Shown piece by piece: positions 46,243-57,843 of a stretch of DNA of 64,000 nt. Numbering within the stretch: the stretch's first letter is position 1; each line of letters opens with the position of its first letter. The DNA is from the human T2T-CHM13v2.0 reference genome, Homo sapiens, in NCBI GenBank assembly GCA_009914755.4, contig CP086569.2:13280001-13344000 (forward strand), written 5' to 3'. Position numbers and translations under genes: made by a program. Below the pieces are notes generated by a model. It ran no database searches. It saw nothing but the letters and a program-made list of their open reading frames with translations, and was not told where the DNA came from.

Positions 46243-46385
46243 GGCCAGGCGTGCTAGCTTGCCCCTATAATCCCAGAACTTTGAGACGCCAAAGGAGGAA
46301 GACTGCTTGAGCCTAGAAGTTCAAGACCAGCCTGGGCAACATAGCAAGACTCTGTCTCTACAAAATTTAAAAAATATACAATTAA
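46243..46385 (+). mobile_element. Free left Alu monomer, sense
   Basis: ggccaggcgtgctagcttgcccctataatcccagaactttgagacgccaaaggagg... Confidence 0.8.
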
Positions 46386-46387
46386 GG

Positions 46388-46676
46388 GCCAGGCACAGTG
46401 GCTCACGCCTGTAATCCCAGCACTTTGGGAGGCCGATGCAGGCAGATCACAAGGTCAGGAGTTCGAGACCAGCCCAGCCAATATGGTAAAACCCTGTCTC
46501 TACTGAAAATACAAAAATTAGCTACTACAGGCACGCGCATCTGTAGTCCCAGCTACTCGGGAAGCTGAGGCAGAAGACTCACTTGAACCCGGAAGGCAGA
46601 GGCTGCGGTGAGCTGAGAATGCAACACTGAACTGGAGCCTGGGCAACAAAGTGAGACTCTCTAGGGAAAAAAAATA
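46388..46676 (+). mobile_element. Alu SINE, sense
   Basis: gggccaggcacagtggctcacgcctgtaatcccagcactttgggaggccgatgcagg... Confidence 0.9.
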
Positions 46677-46900
46677 TATATATATATACACATACATATA
46701 TATACACACACACACACACACGTGTGTATATATATATGTGTGTGTACATATATGTATGTATTATATATTTATATATGTGTATATATGTATATGTATATTT
46801 ATATGTGTGTATATATGTGTTTATATATATTTATATGTGTGTATATATGTGTGTGTATGTGTATATATGTATATATGCACATTTAAAAATAAATACATAA
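46677..46900. repeat. Compound (TA)n(CA)n(TG)n(TATG)n microsatellite, ~220 bp
   Basis: tatatatatatatacacatacatatatatacacacacacacacacgtgtgtatatatatatgtgtgtgtacatatatgtatg... Confidence 0.95.
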
Positions 46901-47194
46901 AATGCACTCATGAATGATCCAGTGTGGTCTAGTACAAAAAGGAGGTGTCTTAATGATTTAATGATAAAAAATAGAGCCAGCATCTTTCTTGTGGGATGAG
47001 GTTACAATCTATGTTCACATATCTAGGCCTCTTAAGTCAACCGGTATATCTGAAGTCCACAAAACCCAAGGACAGGGAGATGGGGCTCACCGGTCCTTGC
47101 GGGGCAGGCCTTTTCTGCCATTCCTGCCATTCCTGCCAGCCAGCCCTCTGCCTGCAGGAGGATTAACCTGAATTGTTATTTTTTTTAATTTCAA

Positions 47195-47484
47195 TTTTTT
47201 TAGAGACAAGGTCTCACTCTGTCACTCAGGCTGGAGTGCAGTGGTGCAATCATAGCTCACTGCCACCTTGAACTCCTGGGCTCAGGACCCTCCTACCTCA
47301 GCTTCCCTAGTAGCTGGGACTACAGGCACGTGCCGCAATGCCCAGCTGATTTTTAAATTATTTTCCTACAGATATGGTCTCCCTATGTTGCCCAGGATGG
47401 TCTCAAAGTCCTGGCCTCAAGCAGTCCTCCCGTCTCAGCTTCCCAAAGGGCTGGGATTACAGGCCTGAGCCACCAAGCCCGGCC
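47195..47484 (-). mobile_element. Alu SINE, antisense
   Basis: tttttttagagacaaggtctcactctgtcactcaggctggagtgcagtggtgc... Confidence 0.9.
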
Positions 47485-47940
47485 ATCCCTTTATCTGTAC
47501 TGGAAACAGAAATTAAACCCACGATCTGAACTTTAAGAACTCAAGGCAGCGTCTTCCCAGAGCTTTAGTTAGGGCCGTTTCAGAACAGACTTCTTCCCAT
47601 GGGCCTTCCAGGCAGTGACAGGCTCAGACACTGCTATTGGGAATAGCCAATGCTATTCCGAAGAAACAAGCCCATTGAGTTTCAGGACTATATTTTACAA
47701 AAGGAAACTGGTGAGAACCCAAGGTCCCCTTCACTTGCTGTAAATCACCCCCTCCCAGCAGCTGAGGCTGGTATCTCCATTCCCTCCAGCCCCAGAGAGA
47801 CCTGGGCGAGGGAGTGAGGGGGAGACTTGGGGTTTGGGGCAATCCTGCGGTCAAAGTGGGGTTCTCCCCAGTGCAGACCAATCTCTCACCCATGCCAGTA
47901 GGAACAGGCAGGCTGAACTGAAGGAGCTTGAGCTACTCAC

Positions 47941-47947
47941 CCGACAT
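47941..47947 (-). CDS. GYG2P1: GYG2-like first coding exon: ATG TCG G followed by GTGAGT donor. The 5'UTR extends upstream into the CpG island.
   Basis: Minus strand reads ccacggaccATGTCGG|gtgagtagctc (A at -3). Phase 1, so G joins AG of the Alu exon to give MSE... Confidence 0.65.
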
Positions 47948-49460
47948 GGTCCGTGGCGCCGCACGCAGTGGGCGCGGACCCGCAGACCTGCGCCCAGGCG
48001 CAGTGGGTGGAAATAAATCCTCGTCACGAACCCGCAGAACAGAGGCGCCGTCTTTGGGAAGCCGCGTGGATTTCCAGGCCTGGGGGCGACAGCGTGGCTG
48101 CCTCGACACCCTCGGCTGCAGGCCTCGCCGGTGTCACCCCCGGCCTCCTACTCACTCCATGTCACCTGCGCCCCATGGGGCCCCGGCCTCCCCCGACGCC
48201 CCTGAGACCCCCACGCCCCGCAATTCCTCCTCGGCGCTCTAGGTCAGCCTCGTGCCCTCTGGCCAGGGGCCCCTTGACCCCCTGTCCTCCCCACAGTCAC
48301 CTGCGACCCCGCTGATTCTTAATACCCATGCGCCCAGCAACGACACCGCACGCGGAACACCGCCCGACCTCAGCGGTGTCAGCAGCTGCCCCGTCGCCCA
48401 GCGCACTTGCTTGGAGTACTGGTACATCCTCTTCCCCCAACCCAGCTGCCCCCCGACCCGGTCACCCCTCTCCACTCCCTGGCCCACCCCTGCGCTCCCG
48501 GACCCCAGTATCTGCACCTCCTCCGAGCTTGAGCTGCCTCTGCCCGTGTCCCCAGGCCAGGCGCCCCCTCCCCCGTCACTCCAGTGCCGCCCCACCCCAG
48601 CCCACTCCTGCGCCTCTCGCCGCCCCTCCTCCCCGTCCCGGCCTTCTGCCCATCCTCTCCAAGCGCCCCCGAATCCCCTCCACGCCCTGCACCTCTCCCT
48701 CCCCGCGCGCTCCCGCAGCCTCTGCCTTGGGCCTGCGCCTCCCTCCCCAAGCCTCTCAGCTCTACGTCCCCGCCCCCGTCTGTCCTCCATACTGAGGCAG
48801 CCTCCGTCTCCCCGTGCCCACTGCGCCTGGACCACCTGTACTCCTCAGCACTCGGCGCCTCGGCTCGGCCCACCCACCCGCAAGCGCCGCTAGCCTATCC
48901 CTGCGCCCCGCACCCCTCCCCGCCTTTGCTTTTGGGCAACCTCTCTCTGACCTCCAGCTCCCAGCGCCTCTCGCCCCACCTCTGCACTCCAAGGCCGGCG
49001 CCCCTCCCCCAGCCCCCAGCCTCTGCCTCTGGGTTCCGCCCGCGCCCCGCTGTACGCCACCCACCCTCGAGACCTCCTAGGCGTTCGGGCAGCCTCAGCG
49101 CCCCCCGGCCCCCAGCCGCGCCCAGGCCTCCTCCACTGCATACGATCCCCTGCACCCCGCTGCAGCCCCCGCACCTCTTCCGGCGCCCTGGCTGCCTCTG
49201 CCCAAAGCCGGCGCTGGGGGCCCGGAGGGCAGCGATTGGCCTCTGTCCTGAAGCCCGGCCCCGCCTCCGCCCAGCCCTGGTAGGCGCGGGTCAGCTCCTC
49301 AGCCCTGCAGCCCCTGCCCGCAAGCCCGCGCGCCTCCTGGTGTCCAGCCCCAGCTACCAAGGAGAGAGACCCAGGAACCGCCAGTGGCTGCGCTCCACGC
49401 CGGCGCCCAGCCCCTCGCCCACCGCGGCCCCCTTGGCAGTTGGCGGTTTCTAGGTTTGGA
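47948..49460 (-). promoter_or_regulatory. CpG island (~1.5 kb, very high GC, abundant CpG), presumptive promoter/5'UTR of the GYG2-like gene
   Basis: Dense CG dinucleotides (gcgccgcacgcagtgggcgcggacccgcagacctgcgcc...cgcgcgcctcctgg). Strong C-over-G skew on the + strand. Lies immediately upstream, in minus-strand terms, of the ATG exon. Confidence 0.75.
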
Positions 49461-49589
49461 CATTTAACCTTTAATTGGCCGGCCCCAAAGTAAATGTTTG
49501 CGATGACTTAAGGCCCTGGGCCCAAGGCCAGCGCGCAGCCCGAGTGGAGGCCGCTCTGGAAGCCTCCCAGAGGAGAAAGCAGAGCTCAT

Positions 49590-50880
49590 ACACTATCTTG
49601 TTGAATGCATGAAAAATACACGTGCGCAAACTTGCACGCATGAATGAATGAATGAATGCACGAAAGAGAGAAAAAATGAGTGTTCAGGCCTCAGCTGTTG
49701 AATACATAGCGAGTGAGTGGCTATACGCACGCGGTGAGTGCATGTATGAGTGACTGCATGTATGCGTGAATGCATGTGAGGCGAGAATGAACAAACAACA
49801 ATTCGTGAATGAGATAGCGAGGAAATGAATGAACCAGTGACTCAACATTTGCGCCAAGGAGGGAATGAATGCATGAGTTGAAGGCATGAATGGGCCAATG
49901 CATGTATGAAGGAATTTAGAGATACATGCATGAATGGAGGAGTGACTGTGTGGAAAAAATAGGTGAATGCATGCATGCATGAATGAAGGCATGAATCTAT
50001 GAATGAGGGAATGAATGAGTTGAATGCATGAATGATTGAATGAACAAGTGAATTCATACATGCATAGTGCATGAATTAGTGAAAGGTGAATTCATGTATG
50101 CATGAGTAAACAAATAAATTAATGCCTGCATGAATGAGTGCATGAATGAGTGAACAACTGAATTCATGAGTGATTGAGTGCATGAATGACTTAAGTGAAT
50201 TCATGCTTGTGTAAGTGCATGTATGAGTAAGTGAACAGGTGAATTCATGTATGCATGAGTGCATGTATGAGTGAGTGAGCAAGTGAATTCATGTATGCTT
50301 GAGTGCATGAATGAGTGAACAAGTGAGTTCATGCCAGCATGAGTGAGTGTATGAACGAGTAACTAAGCGAATTCGTATATGCATGAGTGAGCACGTGAAT
50401 GACTGAGTGAACAAGTGAATTCATGCCTGCATGAGTGAGTGAGTGAATTCATCCATGCAGGATTGAACGAGCAGGTAAAGTCATGCATTTATACAGGAAT
50501 GAATGTGTGTGTGTGAGTGAATGAACAGAATACATGACAAGTGAATATGTGGATGAATGAATGAGTGAATAAATATGTATGAGTACATGAATAAGCTGAA
50601 CAAACTAGCATGTGTGTTAATGCACACACACGAGTGAATGAGTGAAGACTGCATACATTTCATGAATTCATGTATTATGTATAAGTGAATGAATGAATTG
50701 AATGCATGAACAAGTTAATGGATGCATGAATGAATTAAGTGAAAGTGTGAATGCATGCATGCGTGAGTGAATTGAATGAATCAATGAATGTGTGAATGCA
50801 AGCATGTATGAATACATGAGTTGAATGAGTGATGATTGTGTGAATGCAAGTGTGTACGAGTGCATGAGTTAAGTGAATAA
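49590..50880. repeat. Satellite-like tandem array derived from the (GAATG)n=(CATTC)n pentamer (HSat3-like). It is organised into ~40-44-bp higher-order units, each with an EcoRI site (gtgaattcatgtatgcatgagtgcatgaatgagtgaacaa).
   Basis: tgaatgaatgaatgcacg...; repeated gtgaattcatg(c/t)...gcatgagtg...gtgaacaa blocks at 50080-50460, continuing in degenerate form to ~50880. Confidence 0.9.
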
Positions 50881-51819
50881 GTGAGAAACCCTGCTCTGTA
50901 GCAAGAGAGCGCCTTCTGGGTGGAAGCAACTTGGAACTGCACCAAGCAGAGCCACTGCCAGGCCCTAAGGAAAGACATGGGAATGCTGCCCCTTCCTCAA
51001 CCTTCCTATGGCGTCTTCACCTTGTGTTTCCAGGTATTCCCAAAGTACAGTGACAGTTGTCACAATGAACCCAATGAACACAACCCCATGCTGGCATCCT
51101 CAGGATAGATTCTGTCAGCTGTCGAGCAGCTCACTGGCAGGGTAGACAGGCAGGGGCCTGCCTCCTGCCTCCTTCTAGGCAGCTCTTATCTCTCTGGCCT
51201 GGTGAACACATTTTTCTCCCCATGCATAACAGAAGCCTCTGATCTCCTTAACACACATCACCCACCCCTGGGCATCTTATCCAGAGCAGAAGTTGGGGAA
51301 AACCCATCTTCATTATGGAGTCCCAGTGCTTAAGGGCTTGAGGTCTTTGCGGTGGCATCATCCTGTGCACTACAGCGTGTTGAGCAGTGTCCCAGGGCTC
51401 CACCCACCTGATACCTGGAGCACCCCCACACAATGGTGACGACATCACCAAGAGTCCCCCAACAGAACAAAAACTTGGGCTTCTATTTCCTTATGATGTT
51501 TTTAATGCACTCCCTAAATTAAGAAAACAAAGTAAACAGAGCTTTCCTGTGCTTCAGCAAGGATGTGAAAAACTTCAAATTACACTGGTGGTTTCTTCAG
51601 CCTATGGCAGGCTTTCTCAGACTCTTCAACCATATTTGGGGCTAGATAATTACTGTGGAGCCATCCTGTGCACTGTGCCTTGTTTAGCAGCATCCGCTGG
51701 GCTCCACCTGCTACGTGCAGTACCACACCCCACCTAATCCTAACAAGCACAAGGGACTGCACACATTACCATGTGTTCTCTGGCATCAAAATCACCCAAG
51801 TGACAGCCACTGCCATGGT

Positions 51820-52535
51820 TAGATGTAGAGAGATGGATGATAGATAATAGAAAACAGATAATAGCTAGATAATCAATAGATGATAGGAAGATAATGATAG
51901 ATATAAATAAACAGAAAATAAGTAGATGGTAGAAAAACAATGATAAATATAGAGGGATGACAGGTAGACAGATGATAGAGACAGAGACATAAATGAGGAC
52001 TGATAGATTAGAGAAACAGATAAATAATAGATAAATGTTGATGATAGATAATAGATAAATGATGATGATGATAGACACATAGATAATAGATAAATGTGAT
52101 GATGATGATAGGTAGACAGGCAGAAAGCCATAATAGATAGACATAGATAGATAAATGACAGGTAATAGATAAATGATAGATGGATGGGTGGATAGACATA
52201 TAGATTGATGTTAGATACATAGATTATATGTAGACAATGGACAGATAAATGATGAGGATAGATTAGATTGAGAGGCAGAAAGACAGGGAGGCAAGCAGAC
52301 AGATAGATAATAGATTGATAGAAGAAGATGAAGAAGAAAATGAGGAGGAGGAAGATAGGAAGACAGATACTAGATAAATGATAGATAATACGTAAATAAT
52401 GACGATAGATGGATGATGGATGGCTAGATAGATGGACAGATAATAGATAAATGATACATAGGTAATAGATAAATGATGATGATAGATGAATGGATGGATA
52501 GACAGATAGATACATAGATAGGCAATAGACAGAAT
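51820..52535. repeat. ~700-bp degenerate (GATA)n/(GATG)n/(GAAG)n array
   Basis: gatggatgatagataatagaaaacagataatagctagataatcaatagatgataggaag...gatagatacatagataggcaatagacag. Confidence 0.95.
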
Positions 52536-53570
52536 CTTTCTCAACTTTACTACTATTAAGTTGAATGACTGTGGGGGGCGTCCTGTGCACTGCAGGGTGT
52601 TGAGCAGCGTCCCTGGGCCCCACCCACCAAGTGTCAGGAGCACTGTTCTTCTCTCTGGAACAGGGGTCTCCAAAATAGAGTCTCAGGCTGCGTTTTGCTG
52701 AGAACCCTCACCACATCTTTTGATTTTGAATTCGGGGTAAGATGTGCAGGCTCAGTCCTGGTCCAGCAGCATCAGCATCACCTGGGAAACTGTGTCATGC
52801 ACATTCTTAGGCATCCGAACTCTGAAATCAGAACCCTGCGTCTCGGGGCTTCCCCCAACCCCGCTATGTGAACCAGGCCTCCAGGAGTTCCTAATGCGCA
52901 GGCTTGAGAGGCACTGCTTGCATTTCTGAGATTTGAGGGTGTTGGGGAGGGGTAGCTGGAGCCAGGAGGGCTGGAGAAGGTGGGGCATGGATTTGGCAGA
53001 GACAGAAAAGGGTTGAAACAGCCACAGAGAAAGAGACGTTGGCCCAGTTGCAGGGATGTTTAAACAGCATGTTTAGGGAACGCAGGAGGCCTCAGTCTCC
53101 CAACACAAACAAGTGTAGGTGTTGCACCATTCTCTGCCCCATAAATCACCCCACCTCTCCTCACCCGCCTGTTTCTCCCATTCCACTGAGAATTGGTGCT
53201 CTGAAAGCAGAGTATAAGGCACCAAGTCACAAGGCAACATTCATGATCCCCGGGCAAAAGGGTAGCTCCGTCTTTAAACCCGGAGGAGGCATCTTCCCCT
53301 GGGGGTTGCCGGGCTTCTGTTCTTGTGTGTGTTGGTCTCCAGGAAGCCATGGAGAGCTTGACAGCAGGTGAGCTTTGTCATGGGTGCATTCAGAGTAAAC
53401 ATTTCTCTCCTCCCTGTTGGTGGGAATAGGTGAATGCCAATTTTCCTAGGGAGGCATTTGAAGAAAACGTCAAGACATTTATATGCCTGGGACAATTTTA
53501 TTGGAGAGTTAGTTACAAGACCTTTTTAAAGTTACATGTGTACTGGGAAAGGAAGGATTGAAACCCAGCA

Positions 53571-54012
53571 GGCAGCTGGGCATGGTGGCTCATGCCTGCC
53601 ATCCCAGCACTTTGGGAGGTAAAGGCAGGAGGATCGCATGAGCTCAGGAGTTCAAGAACAGCCTGGCCAATATAGTGAGATCCCTCTGTCTTTACAACAA
53701 ATTTTAAAAATTAGCACAAAGTGTTGGCACACGCCTGTTGTCCCAGCTACTCAAGAGGCTAAAGTGGGAGGCTCACCTGAGCTCAGGAATTCAAGACCAG
53801 CCTGGCCAATCTAGTGAGATACCCCTCATCTTTACAAAAAAAAATTTAAAAAAAAAAACAGCTGGGAGTGTTGGCACATGCCTGTAGTCCCAGCTACTCA
53901 GGAGGCTAAAGTGGGAGGATTGCTTGAGCCTGGAAGTTCAAGGCTGCAGTAAGCCATGATCAGCACTCCAGCCTGGGTGACAGAGCAAGACTCTGTCTCA
54001 AACAACCACAAA
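53571..54012 (+). mobile_element. Alu, sense, with a ~130-bp internal duplication (linker/right-arm start repeated)
   Basis: ggcagctgggcatggtggctcatgcctgccatcc... Two successive ...gttggcaca(c/t)gcctgt(t/a)gtcccagctactca(a/g)gaggctaaagtgggagg blocks. Confidence 0.8.
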
Positions 54013-54389
54013 AAAAAATCAAAAACAGATGTTTGTGCCAAGCTATTTCATTGCACAAAATGATTGTGACAAAGTTCTAAGAATTGAAGACAAGTACAGG
54101 ATGAGGGAACACATTTGCGATACACAGAACATGCATCTATATGTATGTGTGTGGGTCACAATTGCAATTACTACTCAATATTTTATATTTTGATAATGAT
54201 TAACATGATAATATATAAAGAACTACATTGGCAAACAACTTGACACAAAAATAAGCAAATAATTTGCAGCACATGCTGCTGGCTACCCAGTCAACCATTA
54301 TTTTTCCTTATTGTTGGTGGAGCCTGTATTTTTTCCCAGGGTTCCTTCATGCTTTCTCACCTGATCCCTTTATTTATTTATTTATTTAT

Positions 54390-54680
54390 TTGAGAGGGAG
54401 TCTCACTTTTTTGACCAGGCTGGAGTGAAATGTGAAATGGCACAATCTTGGCTCACTGCAACCTCCACCTCCTGGGTTCAAGTGACTCTCCTGCCTCAGC
54501 CTCCCAAGCAGCTAGAAATATAGGCGCCCACCACTATGCCTGGCTGATTTTGTATTTTCAGTAGAGACGAGTTTTTACCATGTTGGCCAGGTTGGTCTTG
54601 AACTCCTGACCTTAGGTGATCCTCCTGACTCAGCCTCCCAAAGTGTTGGAATTATAGTCATGAGCTGCCATGGCTGGCCT
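54390..54680 (-). mobile_element. Alu SINE, antisense
   Basis: gagagggagtctcacttttttgaccaggctggagtgaaatg...gtcatgagctgccatggctggcc. Confidence 0.9.
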
Positions 54681-55132
54681 ACACCTGATTACTTTTAGTT
54701 AGGGGCTGTGTGTAAATCAGGGATGAGGAATTGGGGGTGATACCTGAAAGAATGTCTTTGTTTTTAAAAGAGAAAATCTGAGAGGAAATGATCTTAACTG
54801 GGCCTCCGGATATTAGTGGATGAGGCTGTGATGTCTGGAGGTACAGCAGCTTCTGCCATGAGTGAAGTGGGCCAATGACATATGAAACACAGGACTGCAA
54901 GACACAGGGAACTGGCTACTGGAGGACATTGTTAAGCCCTCAAATTGATCCAGCCCAGAGGTCCTGAATCTAAGTACATCTTGTTACGGATGCTGTCTTT
55001 ATTGCTTCAACCATTTTGAGTTGGCAGAGATAGAAAAGGACTGAGGCAGTCAGACAGGGAGGGAGACTGATAAAACTGCAGAGATTTCAGGGGGAAACTG
55101 CCATCATTTATAAAATCGAGCAGAAATTGTGA

Positions 55133-55468
<336 letters not shown>

Positions 55469-55807
55469 GGACCCATTTAGATTAAATAAGTTTACTGAGG
55501 CTCCAGAGGAAGGTCTTCAGGACTCAGACCTTAGTTATAGATTAGAAGGAGTTAATCACTGTTTTTAGATGAATGCACACTTACACGTAGACATACAACT
55601 TAGAAGGTATAGAAGCTCTAGAGAACTTTGTAATTTTGAGTTAGTCTGGCTGTAATGTCCAGGCCTTCTCCATATAACTGGTTACAGAAATAAACTTCCT
55701 TCTCTCCTAGTTCATCTGCATCTTGTTTTTGGGCCACCAGAATAAGCATCCCGACCCTTGGTTTAGTTCAGGAACAAAAATTCAAACCGGAGTATGACAA
55801 ATTATCA

Positions 55808-55918
55808 ACTTGAACCTGGGAGGTGGAGGTTGCAGTGAGCCAAGGTTGTGCCACTCTATTCCAGCCTGGGCGACAGAGTGAGACTCCATCTCAAAAATAA
55901 ATAAATAAATAAATAAGT
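55808..55918 (+). mobile_element. Alu 3'-terminal fragment, sense, with (AAAT)n tail
   Basis: tgaacctgggaggtggaggttgcagtgagccaaggttgtgccactctattccagcctgggcgacagagtgagactccatctcaaaaataaataaataaataaataag. Confidence 0.85.
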
Positions 55919-56224
55919 TATTTTAATAGCTTATTTTTCTCATTTTCCTACTAACGTACAAGGAATAGCAAATAGCATTGTTATTATCTATTACTCCTAC
56001 TGGCAGTAGGTCTTCCTAATTAGAACATTATTTACTTCATTAGCTTTCTAAAATGCTATATTTTGATAGACTGCTTTATCATTTTCTGGGTGAAATAATA
56101 AATTATTCTTCATTTTCCAGATATAAAAGGATTACTTCTAAAATCACATTAAATGGAGAATAATTTAATGAAAGTAATCAATTTTAAAAAGATTGTAGGC
56201 TTTTGTAATGTTCAAAATACCTAT

Positions 56225-56522
<298 letters not shown>

Positions 56523-57507
56523 TGAAAAATCTAATTTTTAACAGATCTTTGGGGATATATGAATTTTAGTGTGGTCACCCCTTGTAAAATTTTTAGTATT
56601 TTAATCATTAAATTTAGTGACAATTAATATCCAAAACTCCCTCTTTTTTATTTTGAATATTTTGTGAAATTGTTGTACAGCTTATTTTAAAAGAACTTTC
56701 ATACTACAGACCTAAGAATAATACATTGAAAAAAATAAAATTTCTGAAGCTATAAGGACAACAGCTGCAAGGCCTCCTTAATACAATATATTGTTTTTAT
56801 TTTTACAGGAGATACACACACATACACGTAATATACATATTTTTCCTTTTGCACAAAAATGTTGTGATTAAAGCTTGAATGTCATTAGAATCACAAGATA
56901 ACACAAGTGTCCTCCTTAGCTAAACTAATGAGCCTATTTCCATTTGGATTTTTGCACCCCAATATTTTTTTTCTCTGCAGCCTCAAGGTCTCATTTGCAG
57001 AGAAAAGTTATGAAATGAAACAAAATCCATTGTCCTCACCACAAAACATGACTTCTGCACAGAAAACATACAGTAGGAAAAGTCTGAACTCTTTAGCAGG
57101 TCCTCAAAGGCAAAAAATGGCATCTGTGGATTCAAGAGGCAAGTATCACCTTGACTCAAATCCTTCATAGAACTGCAGAATCCCTCACTTTATCCATTTG
57201 AAGGAAAACTCTCAACCCTGTAGTTTGGATCAATGAAGCCTAGCAAACAGAACAGCTGCCACTTTTGCACGGTTCTCTAAGAAGATGTGTTTTAGATCTG
57301 TCAGATAGCATTGAAAAATCTCCTCTAGGTCTGGGTCGGTTGTCAGAATGATAAATTTCAGAAAAACCAAGCTGCCCACTTCTGACTGTTTTGAACTTCA
57401 TAGTAGAAAATAATATCAGAATCTTGCCATCTGCTATTTCTACCAAACCAGGGCAGCTTTCCAAAACTGGTGTCTCATCACAAGTTTATGGGTGAAAAGA
57501 ATCAAAT

Positions 57508-57564
57508 TTCCTTCCCTTCCTTCCTTCCTTCCTCCTTCCTTCCCTCCTTCCTTCCTTCTTTCCT
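57508..57564. repeat. (TTCC)n/(CCTT)n tetranucleotide microsatellite
   Basis: ccttcccttccttccttccttcctccttccttccctccttccttccttctttcc. Confidence 0.95.
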
Positions 57565-57565
57565 A

Positions 57566-57843
57566 TGTACCTTTTAATAGTCTCACTCTGTTACCCAAGC
57601 TGGAGTGCAGTGGTGCTATCACAGCTTACTATGGTCTTGAATTTCCGTGTTCAAGTGATCCTCCCACGTAGCTGGGACTATACAGGTGTGCACTACGACG
57701 CCCAGCTAATTTTTTACTTTTTACTAGAGATGGGGTCTCCCTATGTTGCCCAGGCTGGTCTTGAACTCCTAGGCTCAAGCAATCCTCTCACCTAGGCCTC
57801 CCAAAGTGCTGGGATTACAGGTGTGAGCCACTACACCCAGCCT
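57566..57843 (-). mobile_element. Alu SINE, antisense
   Basis: agtctcactctgttacccaagctggagtgcagtggtgctatcacagc...ggattacaggtgtgagccactacacccagcc. Confidence 0.9.

Noticed and set aside
47928-49453. Long ORFs on both strands over the GC-rich block (e.g. 48584-49453 + 289 aa, 48252-48893 + 213 aa, 48239-48835 - 198 aa), all Pro/Ala/Arg/Ser-rich
   Set aside because: Compositional artefact of a CpG island: stop codons are AT-rich and therefore rare. The ORFs overlap in all frames, are low-complexity, and have no splice or start context. The only convincing coding element here is the minus-strand ATG TCG G|gtgagt exon.
49593-50978. Minus-strand ORFs rich in His/Cys/Ser/Phe (HSCIHEFTCSLTH...) across 49.6-51.0 kb
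   Set aside because: Produced by translating the (CATTC)n-derived satellite. The periodic amino-acid pattern simply mirrors the DNA repeat.
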